Source of the DNA: Mobula hypostoma
Lineage: Eukaryota
DNA length: 64,000 nt
Direction: 5' to 3'
Assembly: GCF_963921235.1 (NCBI RefSeq)
Contig: NC_086097.1
Coordinates: forward strand, 102,674,001 to 102,738,000
Shown piece after piece: positions 51,358-61,321 of the stretch; the first letter of the stretch is position 1, and each line of letters opens with the position of its first letter. Below the pieces are notes generated by a model that ran no database searches, was not told the origin of the DNA, and saw nothing but the letters and a program-made list of their open reading frames with translations. Both the position numbers and the translations under genes were made by a program.

Positions 51358-53127
51358 CTATCTACCTCTTGTTTCACTACACTCCTTCTTTTCACTGTCT
51401 ACCTCCTCCTGGTATGTCTCAGCTAAATTTACTTCAGCAGTCCCGGGATGAACCTGTGAGTCCATGGGCGGGGCCTCAATGCTGGCAGGCTGACCTGTCA
51501 ATCTCACGGCTGGGAACACGATTCCCCCGGCGAGGTCATTACCGAGCAAGACTTCCACGCCTTTCATCGGTAATTCGGGCCTCACCCCGATCGTGACTAG
51601 TCCAGAGACCAGGTTGCTTTGTGAGTGTATCTGGTGCAAAGGGACTGCCTCTGTCCCTCCCCCAATACCTTTGACCTTGACCTCCCCAGTCTGGGTCTCT
51701 GAGCTAAACTCTAATACACTCTTCAATATCAATGACTGACACGCTCCCGTGTCTCTCCAGATCCGCACTGGAACTGGTTTTAACCCCTCCTTCACCGACA
51801 CCAATCCGGCCGAGATAAACCTCTCGCGCCCTTCCTGAACTTTGGCAGACCTTTCCTCTCCAAGCGGTTGGCTTACCAGCTCAATACAGCCAGTCAAAAT
51901 CGCCGTTTTTCCTTTTCCCGTCTCCTTCTTTGGGGCAAAGCACCTGGACGCAAAGTGTCCGACTTTCCCACAATTATAACAGACGACCCCAGGAGACTTC
52001 CTACCAGACTGCTCCCGGTCTACCTTATCCTTCTCACTAGTCCCCGGCTTACTTTCTGACTTTTCTGGCGGACTCTCCCCGCCATCCTGACTACCCTTCT
52101 GGTAGCCTTTACTCGGGGCAAACTTCATTTTATGCGTCAACGCATACTCATCCGCTAACTTAGCAGTTGCGGCTAACGTGGCTGCCTCTTTCTCATCTAG
52201 GTAGGGTCTCATACCCTCAGCGACACAACCTTTAAACTGCTCAATCAGGATCAGCTGTAGCAGTCTGTCATAATCCCCCTCTACCCCCTTCGAGGCGCAC
52301 CAACGCTCACAATATGTCTGCATCTCACGGGCAAACTCTAAATATGTGCGGTCCCACTGCTTCCTCTCATTCTGGAACCTCTGCCGGTATGCCTCTGGGA
52401 CCAACTCATAAATCCTGAGGATGGCCTCTTTCACCACCTCATACCTCTGGGCATCTTCCACGGACAAAGCTGAGTAAACTTGTTGGGCTTTCCCTTTCAG
52501 TACACTCTGAAGCAAAACAGCCCACTTATCCCTCGGCCAGTCCTGACTTGTAGCAACTTTTTCGGAATGGAGAAAGTACCGATCCACATTGGTATCGTCA
52601 AATGGGGGAACCAGCCTAACCTCCTGGGTCGCCCGGAACCCTCCACCTTGGTTCGGCACGGGCCCCTGCTCTGCCCTTATCTTTAACTTCTCCAGCTCAA
52701 ATTCCCTTTCCCTCTGTTTCTCCAACTGCCTCTCTTCTCGCTCCAACTGTCTCTCTCTCTCCTGCCTTTCTAACTGTTTCTCTTTTTCTTCTTGCTCCCA
52801 TTGCCTCTCTTTCTCTTCGTGTTCTAACTGCCGTACTCGGAACTCGTGCTCGAGTCTCAGTTTTTCAAGCTGCACCTGTACCGCGTCTCCAGCAGGTTTT
52901 TCAATAGACACCACCTCCAGCTCCCCTTGGGGAAACACACCTTTAGATACATAGTGCTCTACTATAGCTCTGTGTATCTCCTCTCTCCTCATTGTCGACT
53001 TCCCCTTAACAAGATTCAACCGTTTGGCCACAGCTGCCAATTCCGCTTTCCTGGCATCCTCTAATGCCTCCAAGGTCGGCGCCTTTATAAATTCCTCAAT
53101 CTCCATTTCTGCTGTTTGTCTTTTCAT
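51358..53127 (-). CDS. Gypsy gag-protease ORF (589 aa; coiled coil, SCAN-like capsid, CCHC knuckle, aspartic protease)
   Basis: YELVPEAYRQRF...EQFK capsid region, CYNCGKVGHFASRC knuckle, RDTGA catalytic motif, LLGNDL; no internal stops. Confidence 0.88.
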   Translation of the reverse strand: MKRQTAEMEIEEFIKAPTLEALEDARKAELAAVAKRLNLVKGKSTMRREEIHRAIVEHYVSKGVFPQGELEVVSIEKPAGDAVQVQLEKLRLEHEFRVRQLEHEEKERQWEQEEKEKQLERQERERQLEREERQLEKQREREFELEKLKIRAEQGPVPNQGGGFRATQEVRLVPPFDDTNVDRYFLHSEKVATSQDWPRDKWAVLLQSVLKGKAQQVYSALSVEDAQRYEVVKEAILRIYELVPEAYRQRFQNERKQWDRTYLEFAREMQTYCERWCASKGVEGDYDRLLQLILIEQFKGCVAEGMRPYLDEKEAATLAATAKLADEYALTHKMKFAPSKGYQKGSQDGGESPPEKSESKPGTSEKDKVDREQSGRKSPGVVCYNCGKVGHFASRCFAPKKETGKGKTAILTGCIELVSQPLGEERSAKVQEGRERFISAGLVSVKEGLKPVPVRIWRDTGACQSLILKSVLEFSSETQTGEVKVKGIGGGTEAVPLHQIHSQSNLVSGLVTIGVRPELPMKGVEVLLGNDLAGGIVFPAVRLTGQPASIEAPPMDSQVHPGTAEVNLAETYQEEVDSEKKECSETRGR

Positions 53128-53171
53128 TCTTTCGGGAATTTTAACCCAATTTACTCTGTCCCAAATTTGGC

Positions 53172-53197
53172 GTTCAAAATCGCGGACAAGAACCCCA
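53172..53197 (-). promoter_or_regulatory. Primer-binding site, tRNA-Pro-like
   Basis: Minus strand TGGGGTTCTTGTCCGCGATTTTGAAC resembles the tRNA-Pro complement TGGGGGCTCGTCCGGGATTTGAAC and lies 45 nt upstream of gag. Confidence 0.7.
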
Positions 53198-53319
53198 CTC
53201 TAGATTATGTATTAAATTGAACTGCTGCTGCTAAGTTAACAAAGTCACATGCTGGTGATAATAAACCTGATTCTGATTCTGATCTTCTGATAAATGGCTA
53301 TGCTTCGAGGGAAAAAGGC

Positions 53320-53842
53320 ACTGCACACCAACATCAAAGCCTTAATAAACTATGATGCATGGTGGAAGGAGCTTCATGGTTTGGGCTGCTTTGCTGCTTC
53401 AGGGCCTGGACAGCTTGCGATCATTGAGGAAACAATTAATTCAAAATTGTATCAAGACATTTTACATGAGAATGTCAATGTAGTGGTCTGTCACCTGAAG
53501 CTTAATAGAAGTTGAAAGGTGCAGCAAGACAACGATTGGTCGTGTTTTGGAATGGCCAAGTCAGAGTCCAGACTTCAACCCAATTGAGATGCTCTGGCAT
53601 GACCTGAAGAGGGCTGCTCAAACAAGGTATCCCAGAAACATTGATGACCTGAAACAGTTTTGTATGGAGGAATGGTCTAAAATCCCTCCTTGTCATTGTG
53701 CAAGTCTGATCAGCAGCTACAGGAAACATTTTTGTGGAGGTTATTACTGCTAAAGGAGGTTTTACCAGTTATTAAGTGCAAGGGTTCATTTACTTTTTCC
53801 AGCCTAGACTGTGAATGATTAAACAATCTGTTCAATAAAGAC
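53320..53842 (+). mobile_element. Tc1-family transposase fragment
   Basis: GCFAASGPGQL..IE..INS..YQDIL, QQDND and [16 protein letters not shown] motifs; frameshifted. Confidence 0.88.
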
Positions 53843-54165
53843 GTGTGGATAGTCAGAGGCTTTTTCCCAGGAGTGAAATGGTTGCCACAAGAGGTCACAG
53901 GTTTAAGGTGTTGGGGAGTAGGTACAGAGGAGATGTCAGGGTAAGTTTTTTTACTCAAGAGAGTGGTGAGTGCATGGAATGGGCTGCCGGCAATGGTGGT
54001 GGAGGCGGATGTGATAGGGTCTTTGAAGAGACTTTTGGATAAGTACGTGGAGCTTAGAAAAATAGAGGGTTATGGGTAAGCCTAGTAATTTCTATGGTAG
54101 AGACATATTTGGCACGACTTTGTGGGCCAAAGAGCCTGTATTGTGCTGTAGGTTTTCTGTTTCTA
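53843..54165 (+). mobile_element. CR1 3' fragment
   Basis: DSQRLFPR.EM.ATRGHRFKV; same subfamily as 62360-62600. Confidence 0.85.
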
Positions 54166-54344
54166 TAAAATGTACAATTGTTTGTGTGTTATTTGCTTAG
54201 ACAGGTTGTGTTTATCACACCACATTTTATGGCTAATTAATGCAGAAAACCAGGTAATTGCAAAGGATTCACAAACTTTTTCTTGCAACTGTATGTCAGG
54301 CTGCTGTTTGTTGACTACAGCTCAGCATTTAATACAATCATTCT

Positions 54345-55392
54345 TACAGGGCTGGTCAAAAAGTCAAAAACCTGGGCCTCTGTACCTCCCTCTGCAACTG
54401 GATTCTCAGATTCTTCACTGGAAGACTACAGTCGTGCAGATTGGAAATAACATCTCCACCTCACTGATAATCAACACTAATGGACCTCAAGGATGTGTGC
54501 TTAGCCCATTGCTCTATTCTCTCTCTACTCCCATGACTGTGTGGCTAGATACAGCTCAAATGCCATCTATAAATTTGCTGAAGAAACAACTATTGGCAGA
54601 ATTTCAGATGGTGACAAGAAGGCTTACAGGAGCGAGGTAGAGTTAAGTGGTGTCAGAGTAGCAACCTTGCATTCAATATCAGTAAGACCAGAGAATTGAT
54701 TATGGACTTCAGAAAGGGTACGATGAGGGAATACACACCAGTGTTCATAGAGGGATCAGCTGTGGAAGGAACAAGCAATTTCAAGTTCCTGGGTGTCATC
54801 ATCTCTGAGGATAAATCCTAGGCCTGATATATCGATGCAGTTACAAAGAAGGCACGACAGTGCCTATATTTCATTAGGAGTTTGAGGAGATTCGGTTGTC
54901 ACTAAAGATGCTCTCAAATTTCTACAGATGTACTGTGGAGAACATTCTAACTGGCTGCATCATTGTCTGGTATGGGATGGGGGCACTGTACAGAATCAAT
55001 ATAAGCTGTAGATAGTTGTAAACTCGGTCAGCTCTATTATGGGCACTTGCCTCCACAGCATCCAGGACATCTTCAAGGAGCAGTGCCTCAAAAAGGTGGT
55101 GTCCATCATTAAGGATCCCCATTAACCAGGACATGCTCTCTTCTCATTGTTACCATCAGGAAGGAGGTACAGAAGCCTGAAGGAGCACTCAGTGATTCAG
55201 GAACAGCTTCTTCCCCTCTGCCATCCAACCCACAAACACTACCTCACTATTATTTTTGCACTAATTTAATTTTACTTGTATATACTTACTGTAATTCACT
55301 GTTTTAATTATTATGTATTGTATTGTACTACTGCCGCAAAACAAATTTCACGACATATGCCGGTGATATTAACCTTAATCCTGATTCTGAAG
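54345..55392 (+). mobile_element. Degraded Rex1/Babar-like LINE
   Basis: GPQGCVLSPLLYSL, FKFLGV.I and YRCTVENILTGCI.VWYG motifs; (ctgatt)n tail. Confidence 0.8.
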
Positions 55393-55639
55393 TGAACTCC
55401 TGTGAAGGGTAATATGGACAATTTATCACCATTGGATATTCCAAGCTGTGTAAGCAGTACCTTGCTGGAATTAATATATCCAAGCACCATGATTTGTTGA
55501 TTAGGAAGCAGATCTCCACCTCTAGCTTTGCCAGAGGATGCTGAATGGTCCATCCACTAAATTAAACAGATAGTTGAGGAGCAGTGGCAAGAAGCCAGAG
55601 TGGAAGTAGAAGAGGAAAAGGGGAGGGGAAGAGGAGAAA

Positions 55640-57875
55640 ACTACTGGAAGGAAAAATTGATATTAATGTCATCAGGTTAGAGCCTACTAACCATTCAGGA
55701 ATGACTGCCTCCATTCAGGGCTTCACCTGCAAATCTGTTAGGGTCATCTTTGACCATAAGACATAGCAGAATTAGGCCATTCAGCCCATTGAGTCTGCCC
55801 TACCATTTCATCATGGCTGATCCTGGATCCCATTCAACCCTATATACCTTCCCTCTCACATATCCCTTGAAACCCCAACCAATCAGGAATCTATCAACTT
55901 CTGCTCTAAATATACCCATGGACTTGCCTTCCACTGCAGTCTGTGGCAGAGCATTCCACATATTCACTACTCTTTGGCTTAAAAAACATTCCTCCTTACT
56001 TCTGTTCTAAAGGATCACCCCTGTGCCCCCTAGTTCTGGATACCCCCACCATAGGAAACATCCTCTCCACATCCACCTTATCTAGTCCTTTCAACATTCG
56101 GTAGGTTTCAGTGCATTTTCCTAGATTCCAGTGAGTACAGGCCCAAAGCTGCCAAACGCTCCTCATATGTTAACCCATTCATTCAGAATCATCCTCTTGA
56201 ACCTCCCCTGGGCTCTCTCCAATGACAATGCATCCTTTCTGACACAAAACTGCTGACAGTATTCCAAGTGCAGCCTGACTAGTGTCTTATAAAGCTTCAG
56301 CATTATCTCCTTGTTTTTGTATTCTGTTCCCCTTGAAATAAATGCCAACATTGCATTTGCCTTCGTTACGAGACTCAACTTGTAAATTAACCTTCTCGGA
56401 GTCTTCCACGAGCTCTCCCAACTCCCTCTGCACCTCTGATGTTTGAACCTTCTCCCCATTTAGAGTCCACACTATTGTTCCTTTTACCAAAATGCATTAT
56501 CATACATTTCCCAACATGGTATTCCATTTGCCACATTTTTGTCCATTCTTCCAATTTGTCTAAGCCCTGCTGCAATTGCATTGCTTCCTCAGCACTACCT
56601 ACCCCTCCACCTACCTTCGTATCATCTGGAAACTTTGCAACAAAGCTATCAATTCCACTATCTAAATCATTGACAAGCATTATGAAAAGTAGTTGCCCCA
56701 ATACTGACCCTTGAGGAACACCACTAGTCACTGGCAGGCAACCAGATAAGGCCCCTTTTATTCCCACTCACTACCTCCTGCCTGTCAGCCATTCCTCTAT
56801 CCATGCCAGTATCTGTCCTGTAACACCATAGGATTTTATCTTGTTAAGCAGCCTCATGTATGGCATCTTACCAAATGCCTTCTGAAAATCTAACAAAATG
56901 ACATCCACTGCCTCTCTTTTGTCCATCCTGCTTATTACTTCCTCGAAGAATTCTAACAGATCTCAGGCAAGATTTCCCTTTACAGAAACCATGCTGACTT
57001 TGACATTATTTCATTAGTCACCAAATACCCCAAAACATCATCCTTAATAATGTTCTCTTAACACTTTCCCAACCACTGAGGTTAGGCTAACTGGCCTATA
57101 ATTTCCATGCTTTTGTCTTCCTGTGGAGTGGCATTTGCAATTTTTCAGTCCTCCAGGACTATGCCAGGATTAAGTGATTCTTGAAAGATCATGCATGACC
57201 AATGTATCCATTATCTCTTCAGCAACCTCTCTCAGGAGTCTGGGATGTAACTGTTGTATCCGGTGCTCCCGATGTAGCCTCCTGTGCATTGTTGAGACCC
57301 AGTGTAAATTGGGGGACTGCTTTGTTCAGCACCTCTGCTCCATTCCTAAAATGCAGAATTTTCATTCCTCTCCCCATCCCATTCCAACATGTCAGTCCAT
57401 AGCCGCTTGTTTTGTCATGATGAGGCCACTCTCAAGGGACAACACCTCATATTTTGTCTTTGTTGCCTCCAACCTGTACTACATCAATTTCAGCTTTCAG
57501 TAATTTTTGTTTCTCTTTTTTCTTCTCCCCTCTCCCTCCTCTTCTATTCCCTACTCAGGTCTTTTACAACTTCTCTTCAGCTGCCTTTCACCCCCCCCCC
57601 CCCGCCCAGTCCCCTCTTCTTCCCTTTCTCTTGTGGTCCACTTCCTTCTCTTATCAGATTCCTACTTTTCCAGCGCTTTACCTTTCCCACCTATATGGCC
57701 TTATCTATCATCTTCTAGCTTTCACTCCATCTCCTCACCCACCTTTTTATCCTGGCTTCTTCCCAATTCCTTTCCAATCCTGATAAAGGATCTCAGCCTG
57801 AAATGTCGACTATTTATTCATTTTCGTAGATGCTGCCTGACCTGCTGAATTCCTTCAGCATTTTGTGTGTTTAGC
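55640..57875 (+). mobile_element. Old Penelope-like element split by a minus-strand CR1 (about 55751-57250)
   Basis: FTCKSVRVI at about 55722-55749 continues as CIRCSRCSLLCIVET after 57250; terminal repeat with decayed hammerhead at 57776-57811. Confidence 0.75.
55751..57250 (-). mobile_element. CR1 fragment (RT and 3' UTR)
   Basis: SGVPQGSVLG...KFPDDTKVGG (56387..56767); (ccataaga) tail. Confidence 0.87.
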
Positions 57876-60191
57876 ACATAGCAGCCCTTCCGTTCTCTTT
57901 GATAGGTCAGTCTCACTCTTAATTCATTAACTCTGTTCTTAATGGCCTGGAACACAGATCATTACAGTGTAATACAGGCCCTTTGGCCCACGATGTTGTA
58001 CAGACCTTTAACCTACTCTTAGATTAAAACCCTTCCCTCCATTTTTCCCTACAATAGCCCGCCATTTTTTTTTATCATTCCAGTTAGTTTAGCTGGTAGT
58101 ATGCTGGAGAAGGAGAACTTGTTTGAACCTCAGCTGCAGCCCAGCCCTCTTACCGCACTTTCAAGATAAGTGACCACCTCTGGTTGGTCCTGAAATGGAA
58201 CCATCTGGGCTGGAAGGTAAATGACTGCTGAAGGGCAGACCTGGGCTGGATTAAGCTCGGCTGTCAGATTCACATACAGGCCTGAAAGACCAGCTGAGGA
58301 GTGAGCTGTCCCACCAGTTAAGTTGGGGGCATCTCCGGGAGCCTTGGCATCAGGACTTGGCTCTGGGTGCTTTAGACTTGTTGGGGCGTCGGCATCAGGC
58401 GCCTCTGCAGGTCAGGAATTCAGTCAGGTCAGACCTCAGGGCATGGCCCCTGCTGCTAACTGAAGCACTGTACTTCATTCATGAAGTCACTGGCAGCAAC
58501 AGGCATCCTTTCTTTTAAGCTCTCTGTCTCTGAATCAGACACAATCCTTTAAGAGGTGACAACATTAATTATTGTGCATGAGCTGATTTTATAAAAAGCC
58601 ACAGAGAGTGCGCTCTAAAATTGAATATCTCTAGAGCTGCAGTCCTCCCTAGTGTTTGCCGAGAATGAAACTATAGTCACAGCATGCAACACGGTCATAG
58701 ATTCTGTCTGTTGTAAGTTCTGCTCTTCTCCTTTTAACATGGCATTATACTTTTGGATTGTATCTTTCTACTTTATGTCCAAGATCTGTACCACTGTATT
58801 TCTGTTCTTTCATTCCAGCTATAAGAATTAACTTAGTGGAACAGGGAGTAACTATACTTTGTGAAGGAGATATTCCACTGTCTTAATCTCTAATTCTTGT
58901 TCCACAAGCATTATTTATTGGGTTTAAATTACAAGTCCTCACAAAATTGTGAGATCCCGACATGTACAGTGTATACATCTGAATGAGCACTTAGGAGGCC
59001 GATAGGATGGATTTGCCAGCTGCTGCTGAGCTACAGGTTTCTTCTACTGTGTGGGACCTCAGATTATGGCAATATATAAATAGTTGGGTTGAACTCTCTG
59101 GTTTAACTGCTTGTTACCCTTGGTTGGCCTATGTTCTTATTTAACTACATTGCCAGCAGCCAAACTGTTTGGGTTAGAACTTTTCTCAGAAGTGGAAGCT
59201 GTGGTAACTTTGGGAGGACATGTATTCACAGTGCATAAAATGGATGGCAGAAACTTGATATCCTGGGTGGAATAGGTATTTGGCAGAGAGTGAGAATGGT
59301 GTGCTAAAGAAAAGCCGCAATTTCTACTGTCTTTACTTGAAGAATACAATGCAATGGAAGTCTGGAGTCCATAAAAAATGAGATTAAGTTGAGCAGATGT
59401 TGTCATCTGCAATATATGCCTTGGAAGGATAGAGAATTGAAGGGGAAAAATGTCACAGGTAGGAATTTCACAGAGGCAGTAGGAGTACATTTGAGTGGTG
59501 TAGCAAGGTATTCAAAGTCGAGTTTATTGTCATACGTACAAGTATGTGTGTGCACAGGTAGAGTGACAAACTTATATGTAGTAGCATCATGAGAAAAACA
59601 TTAATTGTATACAACTTCTAAAGAGCAGAATTAAAACCAAAAAAATCAAGTCCATTTTAGTGCACGGCCATCTTAATGGTCATACTGTTGCTAAACTGCA
59701 GTGATTAGGTTGTACCAGTTGGTTGAACAGCCAAATGTTTGAAGTGAAATAGCTGTTCTTAAAACTTACTGTATGGAACTTCTGGTTTCTGTAGGAGAGA
59801 AGATGGCATGGCTGAACTGGTGGGTATCTTTAATGATGGATTCTGTTACTCTTGAGGCAGCGCCTTCTGTAGATAATATTCATGTAGGGAGAGATGTATT
59901 GATTCTCATCTCAAGCTGACTTAAGCTGGTTAATCTTCATGTACCTGGAGGTTTGTAACATGAGCTCTGGTTACTGTGAAATATTTTCAGTCATTCAAGC
60001 CATAATTTCATTCCAATCATATTTGTCACTCACTCCCAATGGTGGTGGTCCTGACGTGGATAATGTTAAGGTTCTGCTTAATGATAGGGATGCTGAGTCG
60101 GCTCACAAATCATATTTTGTACATATAAATCTAAAGCCCACATGTTCCAGTAGTCAGTCACAACATTTAGATTTTTTTTTGCCATTTCTAG

Positions 60192-60344
60192 ATGTTTTGG
60201 ATCTATGCAGAACCCAACACGCAACCGGGTTCATGTTGAACTTCCTTTTGGTCTGGAAGATGGAGAGTACCTCTGCCCTTTGTGCAAGACTCTTTGTAAT
60301 ACTGTCATCCCAGTCATTCCACTGCAAGCACACAGTCTAGACAG
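60192..60344 (+). CDS. UBR1: UBR1 coding exon 9, RING end ([50 protein letters not shown])
   Basis: ttctag| acceptor, |gtatgt donor; 153 nt. [17 protein letters not shown] fits UBR1 better than recalled UBR2 (GEFLCPLCECLSNTVIP). Confidence 0.95.
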
Positions 60345-60435
60345 GTATGTTTGTTAGCAATCTAATTCTTCATTGCATGTATAAAAGCTTATGTGGGAAA
60401 TAGATTGGTGTTTGAACTGTCCACTGGTCATATAT

Positions 60436-60471
60436 AGTCCTGACGAAGGGTCTCAGCCTGAAACGTCGACT
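60436..60471 (+). ncRNA. Minimal type-I hammerhead ribozyme motif, sense to the UBR1 pre-mRNA
   Basis: AGUC-CUGACGA-AGGGUCUCAGCCU-GAAAC-GUC-GACU; predicted cleavage after 60467. Confidence 0.85.
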
Positions 60472-60570
60472 GCACCCCTTCCTACAGATGCTGCCTGGCC
60501 TGCTGCGTTCACCAGCAACTTTTATGTGTGTTGTTTGAATTTCCAGCATCTGCAGAATTCCTGTTGTTTG
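60437..60570 (+). mobile_element. 134-bp solo Penelope terminal-repeat insertion carrying a hammerhead
   Basis: 15-bp TSD cactggtcatatata (60422-36, 60571-85); near-perfect reverse complement of 36314-36447. Confidence 0.9.
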
Positions 60571-60965
60571 CACTGGTCATATATATTTTGTTTCCAACAT
60601 CTGTAGTTAATTGCTTTTCAATTAATAACCTCACTACTGTTGATTTTTTTAAAAATTAAAAATATGTTCAAAAGGTGTTTCCACTTTCCCACTTAAATCT
60701 TTTGATCTGTTTTTTTATTTTATCCTGGCTTCCTTGCTTGTTACCCTGATCTATTCCTATCTGTGCTCTATTCCAGAGGCCTGTCACTGACATTCCAATA
60801 CTGCACTCTCAAAACTGTCAATTAGGTTCAGCTGAGATAAGTTTAAACCAAGTGGAATGCAAATCTAGTATTGGAAAGACAACCAAATAACCAGCTTCAC
60901 AGTTTTAGAAAATGTAAATAGTATGAGAATTCTCTTCATAACGTTCAATCTGTTGTGTATTGCAG

Positions 60966-61063
60966 CAAAGATATCGAAGCAATAGCACCTACACTCACAA
61001 TATCTCGCTGGCTAGAAAATGTCTCAGCAAGAATTATGGGATTGAATGCTTCGGGCACAAAAG
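60966..61063 (+). CDS. UBR1: UBR1 coding exon 10 (SKDIEAIAPTLTISRWLENVSARIMGLNASGTKG)
   Basis: ttgcag| acceptor, |gtacgt donor; 98 nt, in phase with exon 9. Resembles UBR1 [26 protein letters not shown]. Confidence 0.9.
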
Positions 61064-61321
61064 GTACGTATGTGAGGGAAATTGATTTTAATCAGAAAGG
61101 TTATGTTTGGAAAGCAATCCAGACACAGTCTGATATCTGATCAGAAAAAATTACTCAGTGTGAGGTAAGAATTTGGCATTCTGGTGCTTGATTAGAGCTT
61201 TGGAGGAATGTGGTGGGAGTGAGAAGAGAAGAGAGTTGTCAGGCATCAGCTGCCCACTGTCAAATGCTGATGATCATCACAGTGTACATGAGTGACATAC
61301 AAAAGTGATGAGTGACATTCT

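Larger units (their letters stand above)
49412..53197 (-). mobile_element. Gmr1-type Gypsy LTR retrotransposon, internally deleted, 5' LTR missing
   Basis: 3' LTR ends ...GTAACA at 49412 with AATAAA at about 49495-500; PBS next to 53197; gag-protease ORF, then integrase and RT remnants in INT-before-RT order. Confidence 0.85.

Noticed and set aside
57776..57811. Hammerhead copy as a functional ribozyme
   Set aside because: The core is mutated (CUGAUAA instead of CUGANGA), the stem III palindrome is lost (AUGU) and stem I has a mismatch.
59939..60340. 133-aa ORF overlapping UBR1 exon 9
   Set aside because: It is an alternative frame over the real exon plus intron; the UBR1 frame has splice sites and RING homology.
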